Origin: an uncultured Lichenicoccus sp.
Lineage (GTDB): Bacteria > Pseudomonadota > Alphaproteobacteria > Acetobacterales > Acetobacteraceae
DNA: 64,000 bases
Direction: 5' to 3'
NCBI GenBank assembly: GCA_965213775.1
Contig: CBDCAC010000002.1
Span: 194,982 to 258,981 of the forward strand
This document shows, piece by piece, positions 1 to 11,307 of the stretch; the stretch's first letter is position 1, and every line of letters begins with the position of its first letter. The notes under the pieces were generated by a model. It had not been told where the DNA came from, ran no database searches, and saw nothing but the letters and a program-made list of their open reading frames with translations. A program made the translations under genes and the position numbers.

Positions 1-710
1 CGACATCGACATCCAGGTGTCGGTGACCACGCAGCGCGCCGCGTCGGCGGCGTCGGCGGCGTCGCGCGCCAGGGTGACCGATCCGCCGGCCGCGTCCTCC
101 GCCGCGGCCCAGCGCAGCAGCGAGGCCGGCGGCGCCAGGTCCGGCGGGGTGGCGATCCGCAGGTGGAAGCCGAACCGCACCGCCGCCTCGATCCAGGAGG
201 CCAGCACGTTGTTGCCGTCGCCGCACCAGGCGACGCGCTGGCCGCGGATCGGGCCGCGATGCTCCTCGAAGGTGAGGATGTCGGCGAGCAGCTGCGCCGG
301 ATGCGAGGCCGCGGTCAGGCCGTTGATCACCGGGATGGTGCTGTAGGCGACCAGCTCGCGCAGCTTGTGCGGATCGTCGGTGCGCAGCACCAGGGCGTCG
401 AGGAAGCGCGACAGCACGCGCGCGGTGTCGGCGATGCTCTCGCCGCGTCCGAGCTGCATGTCGCGCGCCGACAGCACCACGACGTCGCCGCCGAGCTGGC
501 GCATCGCGACCTCGAACGACACCCGGGTGCGGGTGGAGGGCTTCTCCAGCATCAGCCCCAGCGTGCGCCCGGCGAGCGGACGGTCGGGATGCGCGGGCCG
601 GGCGCCGCCATGCTGGGCGCGCTTGATCGAGGCGGAGAGATCGACGATCGCGCGCAGGGTTTCGGCGTCGAGGTCGCGCAGCTCGAGATAGTGGCGCGGT
701 TCCGCCGCCG

Positions 711-714
<4 letters not shown>
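1..714 (-). CDS. argF: ornithine carbamoyltransferase (3' end runs off window)
   Basis: Manual translation from ATG at 714 (overlaps argD stop): MTAAEPRHYLELRDLD...EKPSTRTRVSFE...HPAQLLAD...CGDGNNV...VVTDTWMSM; STRT and HPxQ motifs. Confidence 0.95.
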
Positions 715-1904
<1,190 letters not shown>

Positions 1905-2184
1905 CGGCTGGATCCTGCACCTCGTCGTCGTACGGTCCGCATCGTCGCTGACCGGAATCCCGTCGGGGCTGACCCGGAGCCGTGCGTCGCACCGGGGCGG
2001 CGCGACGAACCGGGCGCCGGCGCCGCCGACCGCTTCATGATGCCGTGTGCGCGCGAGCCAAGTCAAACCACCGGGGTAGGCACCGGGGCGGATCCTCGGC
2101 ATACTGAACGATCGGTGCTTCTTTCCTTAATGGTCGAGCAGATGGGTCGTCGTTGCGGTGGCCTCCGAGAGCAGGAGATAGGCC

Positions 2185-2391
2185 ATGCCGAACGGCACGG
2201 TTAAGTGGTTCAACGCGACCAAGGGATACGGCTTCATCCAGCCGTCGGACGGGTCCAGCGACGTGTTCGTGCATATCTCGGCGGTAGAGCGTGCCGGCCT
2301 GCAGAGTCTGAATGACGGCCAGTCGGTCAGCTTCGATCTGGAGAGCGGTCAGAAGGGCCGGGTTTCCGCGGTTAATCTAAAGGTCGCCTGA
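2185..2391 (+). CDS. cspA: cold-shock protein
   Basis: [15 protein letters not shown] and [12 protein letters not shown] motifs; AGGAG SD. Confidence 0.95.
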   Translation: MPNGTVKWFNATKGYGFIQPSDGSSDVFVHISAVERAGLQSLNDGQSVSFDLESGQKGRVSAVNLKVA

Positions 2392-2401
2392 AGGAGGACG
2401 A

Positions 2402-2599
2402 ATGACCTTCAAGGTCAATTACGGGTTTCAGAAAGCCGAGCGCGATCGCGCCAAGGCGGCGAAGAAGGAAGCCAAGCGTCGGGAAAAGGATGCGGCGACC
2501 GCGTCACCGTCCGCCGGCGACGCGTCGGCGCCTGGCGATGTGACGCCTAAGGCGGCTGGTACCGACGAGGCGATGCCGGGAGAAGAGAACCCGTCCTGA
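2402..2599 (+). CDS. small basic hypothetical protein (65 aa)
   Basis: AGGAGG SD directly after cspA stop; NYGFQKAERDRAKAAKKEAK charged helix. Confidence 0.7.
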   Translation: MTFKVNYGFQKAERDRAKAAKKEAKRREKDAATASPSAGDASAPGDVTPKAAGTDEAMPGEENPS

Positions 2600-2697
2600 G
2601 CCGGCGCAGCACCGCCGCGACGCGGCAGTGACCATGGGTCTCCGCTCCTCGTTGGGGGCGGCGGAGACCGACGGTGTCGCGGCGCGCCGGGATCGCC

Positions 2698-3282
2698 TCA
2701 GGCGGCCTTCATGGTGGCCGTCAGCCGGTCGAGCACGGCGCTCTTGTCGGCACCCTCCACCACTGCGATCTCGGCGCCGAAACGGTCGAGCGCCAGCTCG
2801 AACAGCTTGCGCTCGCTGAAGCTGCCCTCGAGATTATCGACGTGGCGCTGCAGGTCGCGCACCACTTCGGCAACCTGCAGCAGGTCGCCCGAGTTGATCC
2901 GCGCCTGGATCTCGACGGCGCGGCGCGCCCACAGCGCCTTGCTGATGCGCGGCTTGCCGCGGATCACAGCCATCGCCTTCTCGACGATGTCGCGACTGGC
3001 GATCTTGCGCAGTCCGGAGGCGCGCGCGCGCGCCAGCGGGATGCGCAGCGTCATCTGGTTGTCGGAGAACGAGACCTGGATCACCTCCAGCTTGTGCCCG
3101 GCGATCTCCTCGAGGCCGATGCGGTCGATATGGCCCACGCCGTGCGCCGCGTAGACCACCGCGTCGCCCTCCTTGAAGGGATCGTCGTCGAGGGTCTTCT
3201 CGTGCCCCGCGGTGTTGGCGGCGGCCTTGCGGACCTGAGCCTCGGTCATCGCGGTCCTGGTCGCGGGCTTAAAGACGTTCAT
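2698..3282 (-). CDS. carD: CarD/CdnL family transcriptional regulator
   Basis: FKEGDAVVYAAHGVGHI, LRIP, GLRK, LWARR, INSGDL motifs; GGAGG SD upstream (alternative GTG at 3285). Confidence 0.88.
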   Translation of the reverse strand: MNVFKPATRTAMTEAQVRKAAANTAGHEKTLDDDPFKEGDAVVYAAHGVGHIDRIGLEEIAGHKLEVIQVSFSDNQMTLRIPLARARASGLRKIASRDIVEKAMAVIRGKPRISKALWARRAVEIQARINSGDLLQVAEVVRDLQRHVDNLEGSFSERKLFELALDRFGAEIAVVEGADKSAVLDRLTATMKAA

Positions 3283-3493
3283 CACTGGCCTCCCGCCATC
3301 TCGGCATGACGTGGAAAGCATTGCGGCATCGTCATCCCCTGCATGGTGGCGCATGCGCCACGACTTCAACTCATCCGTATTGTCGCATAAAAGGACTGCG
3401 GCGCATATGGTGGTGACACCGCAGCGCAACAACGGCTAGAAACCGCCGCGCAGCGGCGCCCGCCGGTGCGCCGGAACGAGACGAAGGGTCGCC

Positions 3494-3856
3494 GTGATCT
3501 TCAAGGGTAATAAATTCGACGAACGCCAGAAAGCCTCCGCCGAGGCCAAGATGGCGCTGCTGGCCAAGTTCAAGACCCGTCCCGCGGCGGACGATCCCGA
3601 GGTGCTGGCGCGACAGGCGGAGCGGCGCGCGGTCGCCGAGGCGCGCGAGTTGCGCATGGCCGAGCGGCGCCGCGAACGCGAGGAAGCGGCGGTGCGGCTC
3701 GCCGCCGAGCGCGAGGCCGCCGCCATCGCCGCCGCCGCCGCCCTGGCCGAGCGCGAGGCGGCGGCGCGGGAGACGACGCGCCAGGAGGCGCTGCTGAAGC
3801 TCGAGCAGAAGGCCGCGCGCGACAAGCGCTACGCCGCCCGCAAGGCGCGCCGCTGA
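3494..3856 (+). CDS. coiled-coil protein, DUF6481-like
   Basis: FDERQKASAEAKMALLAKFK N-terminus and QKAARDKRYAARKARR C-terminus typical of this alphaproteobacterial family. Confidence 0.7.
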   Translation: MIFKGNKFDERQKASAEAKMALLAKFKTRPAADDPEVLARQAERRAVAEARELRMAERRREREEAAVRLAAEREAAAIAAAAALAEREAAARETTRQEALLKLEQKAARDKRYAARKARR

Positions 3857-3870
3857 GGCCGCCACCGCTC

Positions 3871-3915
3871 CATCGCATCGCGCAGCGTCGCATCCCGCAC
3901 CATCGCATGCCGCGG
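3871..3915. repeat. three imperfect 15-bp tandem units (catcgcatcgcgcag-like)
   Basis: catcgcatcgcgcag/cgtcgcatcccgcac/catcgcatgccgcgg. Confidence 0.5.
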
Positions 3916-3916
3916 C

Positions 3917-4567
3917 GTGGCGTCCCGGCCGCCGCCTGATCGACGGGGCGGCCGGCGAGCGGCCGCGGAGCGCCCGTCCGGCCCGGAGGCGGCGCCGGAT
4001 CTGCGCGAGGCGGCGCTCGCCTACCTGGCGCGCTTCGCCACCACCGAGGCCGGGCTGCTGCGCGTGCTCGAGCGCCGGGTCGCACGCTGGGCGCGCCAGG
4101 CGGTGCGGCAGGGCGCCGATCCCGACGCGGTGGGGCCGATCGAGGAGCAGGCGCATCGCGAGGCCCGGCTGGTGGCCGTCGACATGGTCCGCCTCGGCGC
4201 GGTCGATGACGCGTCGTTCGCCGCCTCGCGGGTGCGCGCGCTGAGCCGCGGCGGCCGCTCGTCGCGCGCGGTCGCGGCACATCTCGCCGGCCGCGGCGTC
4301 GCCGCCGAGACGGTCGCGCGCGCGGTGGAGGAGGCGCGCGCCGAAGCGCTGCTGGATCCCCGCGACGCCGAGCTCGCCGCCGCCCTGATCCAGGCGCGCA
4401 GACGCCGCATCGGCCCGTTCGCGGCGACCGAGCCCGATCTCGCCGCCCGCACCCGGGCGCTCGGGGCGCTGGCGCGCGCCGGCTTCGCGCACGAGGTCGC
4501 GCGGCGGGCGCTCGACACCGATCTGCGGACCGCCGAGGCGCTGATCGCGCGGCTGCGGGAGTCCTGA
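3917..4567 (+). CDS. recX: RecX family regulator
   Basis: LREAALAYLARFATTEAGL, VDDASFA, GRSSRAV, ARRRRIGPF, LARAGF motifs. Confidence 0.85.
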   Translation: MASRPPPDRRGGRRAAAERPSGPEAAPDLREAALAYLARFATTEAGLLRVLERRVARWARQAVRQGADPDAVGPIEEQAHREARLVAVDMVRLGAVDDASFAASRVRALSRGGRSSRAVAAHLAGRGVAAETVARAVEEARAEALLDPRDAELAAALIQARRRRIGPFAATEPDLAARTRALGALARAGFAHEVARRALDTDLRTAEALIARLRES

Positions 4568-4711
4568 GCGGCCGGCGCCGCGGCGCCGGCCGCGCGGGCG
4601 AGGCCTGCACGGCCGGAGCTTGCATGGTCGCCCGCTTCGCGCCACATGCTCTGCCGCGACGCGGTTCGGCACCGGCGCAGCTCGGCCAGACGCGGCCGAA
4701 GAGAGGGTCTC

Positions 4712-4996
4712 ATGGGTGGCTTGAGCATCTGGCATTGGCTGATCGTGCTCGCGGTGGTGCTGCTGCTGTTCGGCGGCAGCGGCAAGGTGAGCACCCTGAT
4801 GGGCGACTTCGCCAAGGGCATGAAGTCGTTCAAGAAGAACATGGCGGACGACGAGTCGATGGAGGCGCACGGCCAGCAGGCGTCGCATCCGGCACCGACC
4901 ACGCTCGCCTCGCCGACCGTGGTCTCCTCCGGCGCCGCGAGCCCTGCACCGGGCTCCGCTCCGGGCAAGATGCAGGAGCCGATACGGCATAGCTGA
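4712..4996 (+). CDS. tatA: twin-arginine translocase subunit TatA
   Basis: [21 protein letters not shown]...[13 protein letters not shown]. Confidence 0.93.
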   Translation: MGGLSIWHWLIVLAVVLLLFGGSGKVSTLMGDFAKGMKSFKKNMADDESMEAHGQQASHPAPTTLASPTVVSSGAASPAPGSAPGKMQEPIRHS

Positions 4997-5019
4997 CGCG
5001 TCGGCGCGACGCGTCGGCC

Positions 5020-5688
5020 ATGCCCGTGCGGGCGGTGCCCGATCCGGCCGGCGACGCGGCCTGGTCGGCGGCGGCGGACGAGATCGCGGCGGTCGGGCGG
5101 CGTCTCGACCAGCGCGGCTGGGTGCCGGCCACCGCGGGCAACCTCAGCCGCCGGCTGCGCGACGGCCGCATCGCGATCACCCGCAGCGGCAGCCATAAGG
5201 GCCTGCTCGATCGCAGCGACGTGATCGAGGTCGAGGCGGACGGGCGTCCGGTGCGCCGCGACGACCGGCCAAGCAACGAGACGCTGCTGCACTGCCAGCT
5301 CTACGCGGCGTCTGCCGCGACCGCGGCGGTGCTGCACGCCCACTCGGTCGCAGCCACCGTGCTGTCGATGGTCGAGCCGGGCCCGGCGCTGTGGTTCGAG
5401 GGCTACGAGCTGCTCAAGCTGTTCGAGGCAACCCTGGTCGATCCCTGCGATCCGTCCGAGGCGCGGCTGCCGGCGCGGCTGTGCCTGCCGATCTTCGACA
5501 ACGACCAGGACATCGCGCGGCTGTGCCGAGCCATCGCGCCGCGGCTCGACGGCATGGCGATGGGCTACGCGCTGCGCGGGCACGGCGTCTATGCCTGGGG
5601 GCCTTCGATGCCGGCGGCGCTGGCACGGCTGGAGGGGCTGGAGTTCCTGCTCGACTGCGCGCTGCAACAAAGGAAGCTTGGATCATGA
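5020..5688 (+). CDS. mtnB: methylthioribulose-1-phosphate dehydratase
   Basis: GWVPATAGNLS, PSNETLLH, LHAHS, RGHGVYAWG; class II aldolase fold in mtn operon. Confidence 0.92.
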   Translation: MPVRAVPDPAGDAAWSAAADEIAAVGRRLDQRGWVPATAGNLSRRLRDGRIAITRSGSHKGLLDRSDVIEVEADGRPVRRDDRPSNETLLHCQLYAASAATAAVLHAHSVAATVLSMVEPGPALWFEGYELLKLFEATLVDPCDPSEARLPARLCLPIFDNDQDIARLCRAIAPRLDGMAMGYALRGHGVYAWGPSMPAALARLEGLEFLLDCALQQRKLGS

Positions 5689-6227
5689 GCCGACTGACCA
5701 TCTGCGACGAGCGCCGGCCCGCGCAGGCGATGCTGCGCACCGAGGACGCGGCACGTATCGGCCACGAGCTCGCCCGCATCGGCGTGCGCTTCGAGCGCTG
5801 GGACAGCCCGGTGCGGCTGGCGCCGGACGCCGCCGACGCGGCCATCCTGGAAGCCTACCGGCCGCATCTCGACCGGCTGATGGGCGAGAGCGGCGCCGGC
5901 GCCGCCGACGTGATCACGCTCGACGAGACCACCGCCGACCGGGCGGCGCTGCGCGAGAAGTTCCTCCGCGAACACACCCATACCGAGGACGAGGTGCGTT
6001 TCTTCGTGCGCGGCGAGGGCAGCTTCGTGCTGCATGTCGAGGGCCGCGTCTACCAGGCGTGCTGCACCGCGGGCGACCTGATCTCGGTGCCGAGCGGCAT
6101 CGCCCACTGGTTCGATGCCGGCGAGCGGCCGTCAGTCACGGCGCTGCGCGTGTTCACCGACCGCAGCGGCTGGGTCGCCCACTATACCGGCGACGACATC
6201 AGCGCCCGCTTCCCCGCCGCCGCCTGA
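5685..6227 (+). CDS. mtnD: acireductone dioxygenase
   Basis: GVRFERW, KFLREHTHTEDEVRFFV, HWFD, GWVAHYTG; ATGA overlap with mtnB. Confidence 0.93.
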   Translation: MSRLTICDERRPAQAMLRTEDAARIGHELARIGVRFERWDSPVRLAPDAADAAILEAYRPHLDRLMGESGAGAADVITLDETTADRAALREKFLREHTHTEDEVRFFVRGEGSFVLHVEGRVYQACCTAGDLISVPSGIAHWFDAGERPSVTALRVFTDRSGWVAHYTGDDISARFPAAA

Positions 6228-6283
6228 GCGCGGCATCCGGTGCGACCAGTCCCGGTGAGAAAAGTCCCGGTGAGAGCAGCGAC

Positions 6284-6997
6284 GTGAAGCATGGCCCGCG
6301 CGCGGTACTGACGGACATCGAGGGCACCACCACCCCGATCGCCTTCGTCCACCGGGTGCTGTTCCCCTACGCCCGCGCCGCCCTGCCGGGTCTGCTGAGC
6401 GCGCGCGCCGATGAGCCGCAGGTCGCCGCGGCGCTGGCGCAGATACGCGCGCTGGCGCCGGGTGGCGATCCGCTGGCGCAGTGCCTCGACTGGATGGACC
6501 GCGACGCCAAGATCACGCCGCTGAAGCTGCTGCAGGGCCTGGCCTGGCAGGACGGCTACGCCGACGGGACGCTGCGCGGCGAGCTGTATCCCGACGTGGC
6601 GCCGGTGCTGCGCGCCTGGCACGCCGCCGGCGTGCGGCTCGCGGTGTACTCCTCGGGCTCCGAGGCGGCGCAGCGCCTGATCTTCCGCCATCTCCCCGAG
6701 GCGTGCGGGGGCGACCTCAGCGGGCTGTTCTCGGCCTTCCTCGACACCCGGATCGGCGCCAAGACCGAAGCTCAGAGCTACCGCGCGGCCGCCCGGCGGC
6801 TCGACCTGCCGCCGGCCTCGATCCTGTTCCTGTCCGACAGCGCGGCCGAGCTCGACGCCGCCCTCGCGGCCGGACTGGCCGCCTGCCAGCTGCTGCGGCC
6901 GCAGGACGCCACGGCGGCGTGCCCGCGGCATCCGGGATGCGGCGACTTCGCGGCCGTCGCCGCCCGCTTCGGCCTGCCGGGAGGAGGCGCGCCATGA
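6284..6997 (+). CDS. mtnC: enolase-phosphatase E1 (possible upstream CTG start at 6224)
   Basis: HAD motif LTDIEGTTT, FVHRVLFPYA, LKLLQG, VYSSGS, LFLSD. Confidence 0.93.
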   Translation: MKHGPRAVLTDIEGTTTPIAFVHRVLFPYARAALPGLLSARADEPQVAAALAQIRALAPGGDPLAQCLDWMDRDAKITPLKLLQGLAWQDGYADGTLRGELYPDVAPVLRAWHAAGVRLAVYSSGSEAAQRLIFRHLPEACGGDLSGLFSAFLDTRIGAKTEAQSYRAAARRLDLPPASILFLSDSAAELDAALAAGLAACQLLRPQDATAACPRHPGCGDFAAVAARFGLPGGGAP

Positions 6998-7932
6998 TCG
7001 AGCTGCATCAGGATTGGCGCCGCGTGCCCGACGCCGTGCGCGGCGGCATCGCCGCACTGGGCAATTTCGACGGCGTGCATCTCGGCCACGCCCACCTGCT
7101 GCGCCGGCTGCACGCGGCGCGGCCCGGCCTGCGGCTCGGCGTGGTCACCTTCGAGCCGCATCCGCGCGAGCTGTTCCGCCCCGACGACCCGCCGTTCCGG
7201 CTCAGCCTGAGCCAGGAGCGCCTGGCAGCGCTCGAGGCGCTGGGCGTCGCCTGCATCTTCGAGATCCCGTTCGACGAGGCGTTCTCGCACTTCTCCGCCG
7301 AGCGCTTCGTGCGCGAGGTGCTGCACGAGGGCCTGGGCCTGCGCCACCTGGCCTGCGGGCCGGACTTCGCCTACGGCCATCGTCGCGGCGGCGACGTCGA
7401 CCGGCTGAGCGACCAGGCGGAGGCGCTCGGCATCGGCCTGACTATCGTGCCGCCGCTCACCGACAGCGGCGGCCCGTTCTCCTCCAGCCGCATCCGCCGC
7501 GCGCTGCTGGACGGCTATCCGGAACGCGCCACCGAGGAGCTGGGCCGCCCGTGGGCGGTGCGCGGCATCGTGGTGCACGGCGACAAGCGCGGCCGCCAGC
7601 TCGGCTTCCCCACCGCCAACATCGCACTCGGCCGACATCTGGAGCCGGCGCGCGGGGTCTACGCCGTCACCGTGCGGCTGCCCGACGGCGGCACCCATCG
7701 CGGGGTGGCCAACATCGGCCGCCGCCCGACGGTCAATGCCGGGCCGGAGAGCCGGCTGGAGGTGCATCTGTTCGATTTCGACGCCGACCTGTACGGGATG
7801 GAGCTGTCGGTGGCGCTGCACACCCTGCTTCGCGCCGAGCAGCGCTTCGACGGGCTCGACGCGCTGCGCGCGCAGATCGGGCGCGACAGCGCGCAGGCGT
7901 GCGACTACCTGTTGCGCAAGCTCGGCGGCTGA
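6994..7932 (+). CDS. ribF: bifunctional riboflavin kinase/FAD synthetase
   Basis: ALGNFDGVHLGH, TFEPHP, SSSRIR, GRQLGFPTAN, LEVHLFDF. Confidence 0.95.
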   Translation: MIELHQDWRRVPDAVRGGIAALGNFDGVHLGHAHLLRRLHAARPGLRLGVVTFEPHPRELFRPDDPPFRLSLSQERLAALEALGVACIFEIPFDEAFSHFSAERFVREVLHEGLGLRHLACGPDFAYGHRRGGDVDRLSDQAEALGIGLTIVPPLTDSGGPFSSSRIRRALLDGYPERATEELGRPWAVRGIVVHGDKRGRQLGFPTANIALGRHLEPARGVYAVTVRLPDGGTHRGVANIGRRPTVNAGPESRLEVHLFDFDADLYGMELSVALHTLLRAEQRFDGLDALRAQIGRDSAQACDYLLRKLGG

Positions 7933-7972
7933 GGCAGCAGGGGGACGCCCCTTGCCACGAAGCACAGCGCCG

Positions 7973-10777
7973 ATGATCGAACCGACCGCCGAGACCGACT
8001 ACCGCGACACCGTGTTCCTGCCCAGGACGTCGTTCCCGATGCGCGGCGACCTGCCGCGTCGCGAGCCGGCGATCCTGGCGCGCTGGGAGGCGATGGGTCT
8101 GGACGCGCGGATCGCGGCCGCGGCCGCCGGACGGCGGCACTTCACCCTGCATGACGGTCCGCCCTACGCCAACGGCCACCTGCATATCGGCCATGCGCTG
8201 AACAAGATCCTCAAGGACGTGGTCAACCGCGCGCACCGCATGGCGGGCTACGCGGTGCGCTACGTGCCGGGCTGGGACTGCCATGGCCTGCCGATCGAGT
8301 GGCGCATCGAGGAGGCGTATCGCAAGTCCGGCCGCGACAAGGACCAGGTGCCGATCCTGCAGTTCCGCGCCGAGTGCCGGGCGTACGCGCAAGGATGGCT
8401 CGACGTGCAGGCGGCGGAGTTCCGCAGGCTCGGCGTGCAGGGCGACTGGGCGCACCGCTACGCCACGATGGATTTCAGCGCCGAGGCGGCGATCGCCGGC
8501 GAGATCGGCCGCTTCCTGCTCAGCGGCGCGCTGTATCGCGGCCTGCGCCCGGTGCTGTGGAGCCCGGTCGAGAAGACCGCACTCGCGGAAGCCGAGATCG
8601 AGTATCACGACCATACCAGCACCACGATCTGGGTCGGCTTCCCGGTGATACGCGACCCGACGCCGCAGCGCTGGCTCGAGGGCGCGCGCGCGGTGATCTG
8701 GACCACCACGCCCTGGACCATGCCGGGCAACCGCGCCATCGGCTACGGCCCCTCGATCCGCTACGCGGTGATCGAGGTGGCCGAGACCGGCGAGGGCAGC
8801 CTGGTGTCGCCCGGCGACCGGCTGCTGGTGGCACTCGACCTCGCCGAGGCGTTCGCCGACGCCGTCCGCATCACCCGCTACGCGCTGCGCCACGACCTGC
8901 CCGGCAGCGCACTGGAGGGCGCGCTGTGCGCCCATCCCTGGCGCGGCCAGGGCTACGAGCATGACGTGCCGCTGCTGGCCGGCGACTTCGTCACCACCGA
9001 GCAGGGCACCGGGCTGGTGCACATGGCGCCGGCGCACGGCGAGGATGATTTCGCGCTGACCACCGCGCACGGCATCGCGGTGCCGGAGACGGTGCTCGAC
9101 GACGGCAGCTACGCCCCCTGGGTGCCGCTGTTCGCCGGCAGCCACGTGTTCCGCGCCGCCGGCCCGGTGTGCGAGGCGCTGCTTCAGGCCGGCGGCCTGG
9201 TGTGGCGCGGCGAGATCACCCACGCCTATCCGCATTCCTGGCGCTCGCGCGCCCCGGTGATCTGGCGCGCGACGCCGCAATGGTTCATCCGCATGGACGG
9301 CGAGACCGCGATCCGCGCCCGCGCGCTGGAGGCGCTCGAGACGGTGCGGTTCGTGCCCGCGCAGGCGCGCCGCCGGCTGACCGGGATGGTCGCCGACCGC
9401 CCCGACTGGTGCATCTCGCGACAGCGCGCCTGGGGGGTGCCGATCGCGGTGTTCGTCGACAAGCGCAGCGGCGAGGTGCTGCGCGATCCGGCGGTGATGG
9501 CGCGCATCGTGGACGCGTTCGCCGCCGAGGGCGCCGACGTGTGGTATAGCGCGCCGCCCTCGCGCTTCCTCGGCGAGGGGCGCGATCCGGCGCAGTACGA
9601 GCAGGTGCGCGACATCGTCGACGTGTGGTTCGAGAGCGGCGCGACGCACAGCTTCGTGCTCGGGGCCGAGGACCTGCCGTTCCCGGCCGACCTCTATCTG
9701 GAGGGGTCGGACCAGCATCGCGGCTGGTTCCAGTCGAGCCTGCTGGAGGCGGTGGCGACGCGTGGCTCGGCACCCTATCGCGCGCTGCTGACCAACGGCT
9801 TCGTGCTCGACGAGCAGGGCCGCAAGATGAGCAAGTCGCTCGGCAACGTGGTGGCGCCGCAGCAGGTGCATGACAGCCTGGGTGCGGACATCCTGCGTCT
9901 GTGGGTGATGAACTCCGACACCGACGAGGATCTGCGCATCGGCCCGGAGATCCTCAAGCAGCAGGGCGAGCTGTACCGCCGGCTGCGCAACACGCTGCGC
10001 TGGCTGCTCGGCGCGCTCGACGGCTTCGACGAGGCCGAGCGGGTCGAGCACGCCGCGATGCCGGAGCTGGAGCGCTGGGTGCTGCACCGCCTGGGCGAGC
10101 TCGACGTGCAGCTGCGGCACGCCGTCGAGACGCACCAGTGGGTCGGGCTGCTGCCGGCGCTGCACGGCTTCTGCGCGGCCGACCTGTCGGCGTTCTACTT
10201 CGACATACGCAAGGACGCGCTGTACTGCGACGCACCCGCCGCGCCGCGCCGGCGCGCCGCGCGCACCGTGCTGGACCGGCTGCATCGCTGCCTGTGCAGC
10301 TGGCTGGCGCCGGTGCTGTGCTTCACCGCCGAGGAGGCCTGGACCACGCGCTTCGGCGAGGCCGACAGCGTCCACCTGCAGCGCTTCCCCGAGATCCCGG
10401 CGGCGTGGCACGACCCGGCGCTGGCGGAGCGCTGGGCCGAGCTGCGCGCGATCCGGCGCGCGATCAACGCCCAGATCGAGGCGGCGCGACGCGACGGCAC
10501 GATCGGCTCGTCGCTGCAGGCGGAGGTGGAGCTGCCGCTGTCGCGGGCGCAGGCCGAACGCTTCGCCGATATCGACTGGCCGGAGCTCGCGATCGTCTCG
10601 CGGGTCGAGCTGGTGGCGCAGGACGATGCGGCGGAGGCGGGGGTGCCGCCGCCGGTGCGCGCCGCGCGCGGTGCCAAGTGCGTGCGCTGCTGGCGCGTGC
10701 TCGAGGAGGTCGGCAGCGTGCACGCCCACCCGTCGCTGTGCCTGCGCTGCGCGGACGTGGTGGATCCGGCCGCGTGA
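7973..10777 (+). CDS. ileS: isoleucine--tRNA ligase
   Basis: DGPPYANGHLHIGH, GWDCHGLPIE, WCISRQR, KMSKS, C-terminal zinc-binding CVRCW/CLRC. Confidence 0.97.
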   Translation: MIEPTAETDYRDTVFLPRTSFPMRGDLPRREPAILARWEAMGLDARIAAAAAGRRHFTLHDGPPYANGHLHIGHALNKILKDVVNRAHRMAGYAVRYVPGWDCHGLPIEWRIEEAYRKSGRDKDQVPILQFRAECRAYAQGWLDVQAAEFRRLGVQGDWAHRYATMDFSAEAAIAGEIGRFLLSGALYRGLRPVLWSPVEKTALAEAEIEYHDHTSTTIWVGFPVIRDPTPQRWLEGARAVIWTTTPWTMPGNRAIGYGPSIRYAVIEVAETGEGSLVSPGDRLLVALDLAEAFADAVRITRYALRHDLPGSALEGALCAHPWRGQGYEHDVPLLAGDFVTTEQGTGLVHMAPAHGEDDFALTTAHGIAVPETVLDDGSYAPWVPLFAGSHVFRAAGPVCEALLQAGGLVWRGEITHAYPHSWRSRAPVIWRATPQWFIRMDGETAIRARALEALETVRFVPAQARRRLTGMVADRPDWCISRQRAWGVPIAVFVDKRSGEVLRDPAVMARIVDAFAAEGADVWYSAPPSRFLGEGRDPAQYEQVRDIVDVWFESGATHSFVLGAEDLPFPADLYLEGSDQHRGWFQSSLLEAVATRGSAPYRALLTNGFVLDEQGRKMSKSLGNVVAPQQVHDSLGADILRLWVMNSDTDEDLRIGPEILKQQGELYRRLRNTLRWLLGALDGFDEAERVEHAAMPELERWVLHRLGELDVQLRHAVETHQWVGLLPALHGFCAADLSAFYFDIRKDALYCDAPAAPRRRAARTVLDRLHRCLCSWLAPVLCFTAEEAWTTRFGEADSVHLQRFPEIPAAWHDPALAERWAELRAIRRAINAQIEAARRDGTIGSSLQAEVELPLSRAQAERFADIDWPELAIVSRVELVAQDDAAEAGVPPPVRAARGAKCVRCWRVLEEVGSVHAHPSLCLRCADVVDPAA

Positions 10778-11241
10778 TGCGGGTCGGGCTGGCGCTGGCG
10801 CTGGCGGTGCTGCTCGGCGACCAGGCGAGCAAGTACTGGATCCTGAACGGCCTCGACCTGCCGGCGCTGGGCAGCGTGGCGCTGCTGCCGGTGCTCAACC
10901 TGACCATGGTGTGGAACCACGGCGTCACCTTCGGCCTGCTGGCCGGGCTCGGCGGCGCCGGGCCGTGGCTGCTGGCCGCGCTGGCGGTCGGCGTCGTGCT
11001 GCTGCTCGGGGTGTGGATGCGCCGCACCGATCGCCGGCCGGTCGCGGCCGCGCTGGGGGCGATCGCAGGCGGCGCGATCGGCAACGTCATCGACCGGCTG
11101 CGCTTCGGCGCCGTGGTCGACTTCATCCACGCCCACGCCTTCGGCTGGTCGTGGTACGTCTTCAACGTGGCCGACGCGGCGATCGTCTGCGGCGTCGGCG
11201 TGCTGCTGCTCGACGGCCTGCTCGATCGACGGGCCGCCTAA
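10777..11241 (+). CDS. lspA: lipoprotein signal peptidase II
   Basis: DQASK, WNHGVTFG, GGAIGNVIDR, VVDF, FNVAD. Confidence 0.95.
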   Translation: MRVGLALALAVLLGDQASKYWILNGLDLPALGSVALLPVLNLTMVWNHGVTFGLLAGLGGAGPWLLAALAVGVVLLLGVWMRRTDRRPVAAALGAIAGGAIGNVIDRLRFGAVVDFIHAHAFGWSWYVFNVADAAIVCGVGVLLLDGLLDRRAA

Positions 11242-11307
11242 GCAAGCTGCCCGGCGGCCGCAGCGCCGTCTTGCCGCTGGCGGCGATTCGGCGCTACAGA
11301 GACCGCC

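Noticed and set aside
7733-10729. Very long antisense ORFs (also 13997-16864, 20206-22986, 37352-39658, 50623-52452 and others)
   Set aside because: Shadow frames of real genes caused by high GC3; Arg/Ala/Gly-rich with no motifs
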